From assembly GCA_041500405.1 (NCBI GenBank), contig JBGQMB010000022.1:1-15866 (forward strand): a stretch of 15,866 bases of DNA, read 5' to 3'. Positions 15,497 to 15,866 of this stretch are shown piece after piece. The position numbers and the translations under genes are program-made. The DNA comes from Candidatus Micrarchaeia archaeon (GTDB taxonomy: Archaea > Micrarchaeota > Micrarchaeia > Anstonellales > J096). Within the stretch, counting starts at the first letter, position 1. Each line of letters starts with the position of its first letter. The notes beneath the pieces were generated by a model. It was not told the origin of the DNA and did not search any database. It saw only the letters and a list, made by a program, of their open reading frames with translations.

Positions 15497-15558
15497 TGCA
15501 CCCAAAGTGGCTAAAGGAGGCGACTAAAAGTGCAGAATGAGGACTTTAGGTGCAGAAT
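15497..15558. repeat. Three copies of an ACTWWRRGTGCA motif (two direct, 20 nt apart, and one inverted)
   Basis: gactaaaagtgcagaat (15522-15538) and gactttaggtgcagaat (15542-15558) match at 14/17 positions. tgcacccaaagt (15497-15508) is the reverse complement of actttaggtgca (15543-15554) at 11/12. Confidence 0.55.
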
Positions 15559-15591
15559 CTAATTATGCTAGTAAAAATGAGGTGTTTAAAT

Positions 15592-15801
15592 ATGGAAAAA
15601 CAAGAGTATAAGACGGAAGAAATGGAAGAGGATACGGAAAAGGATAAAAACATTGAGGATAAAGAAAAAGTCATGCCACCAAGAAGAAGACTCATAAAAC
15701 TTAGAAAGCCTAAGCTGAAAAAGCCTAAAATAAAAAAAATCAAAATAAAAAAGCCTAGACTTGGAAAGTCAATATTTGATGTAAGAAGATGGAGATGGTA
15801 A
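15592..15801 (+). CDS. Small bipartite acidic/basic protein (69 aa)
   Basis: GAGGTG RBS at 15579-15584 before ATG 15592. Glu/Asp-rich N-half and Lys/Arg/Pro-rich C-half (RRRLIKLRKPKLKKPKIKKIKIKKPR). Confidence 0.55.
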   Translation: MEKQEYKTEEMEEDTEKDKNIEDKEKVMPPRRRLIKLRKPKLKKPKIKKIKIKKPRLGKSIFDVRRWRW

Positions 15802-15866
15802 TTTACGGCAAGTCCTCACCATCATAATATCACTAAAATATTAGATAAGCTAGTAAAGAACTACTC

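Noticed and set aside
13562..15514. Plus-strand ORFs 13562-14173 and 14966-15514
   Set aside because: They are antisense to clearly identified dut and ribosomal protein genes.
15497..15558. CRISPR array or tRNA integration site
   Set aside because: The repeats are short and degenerate, only 3 nt apart with no spacers, and no tRNA cloverleaf or T-loop motif is visible.

Overview
Archaeal genomic DNA of moderate GC content, most likely DPANN (Micrarchaeota-like, inferred from gene content and style). Left to right it contains: (1) an orphan 3' fragment of a TtuA/NcsA-type tRNA thiolase, joined out of frame to a truncated lipoprotein gene; (2) an intact paralogous lipoprotein; (3) gatD, GINS and a TPR-protein gene; (4) a Cys-repeat surface protein; (5) a double-guide box C/D sRNA with its own TATA box, whose guides match the 16S rRNA decoding site (predicted Cm1402) and the 16S 3' anti-SD tail; (6) a 7.6-kb tightly coupled operon of six divergent paralogous polytopic membrane proteins with CedA/VirB6-like motifs and no ATPase in the window; (7) the rpl7ae-rps28e-rpl24e-ndk operon extended by dUTPase and a small hypothetical gene; (8) an AT-rich terminal segment with short repeats and an acidic/basic bipartite microprotein. 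The six-gene membrane operon and the C/D sRNA are the most interesting features. All calls were made by eye, with no database searches.
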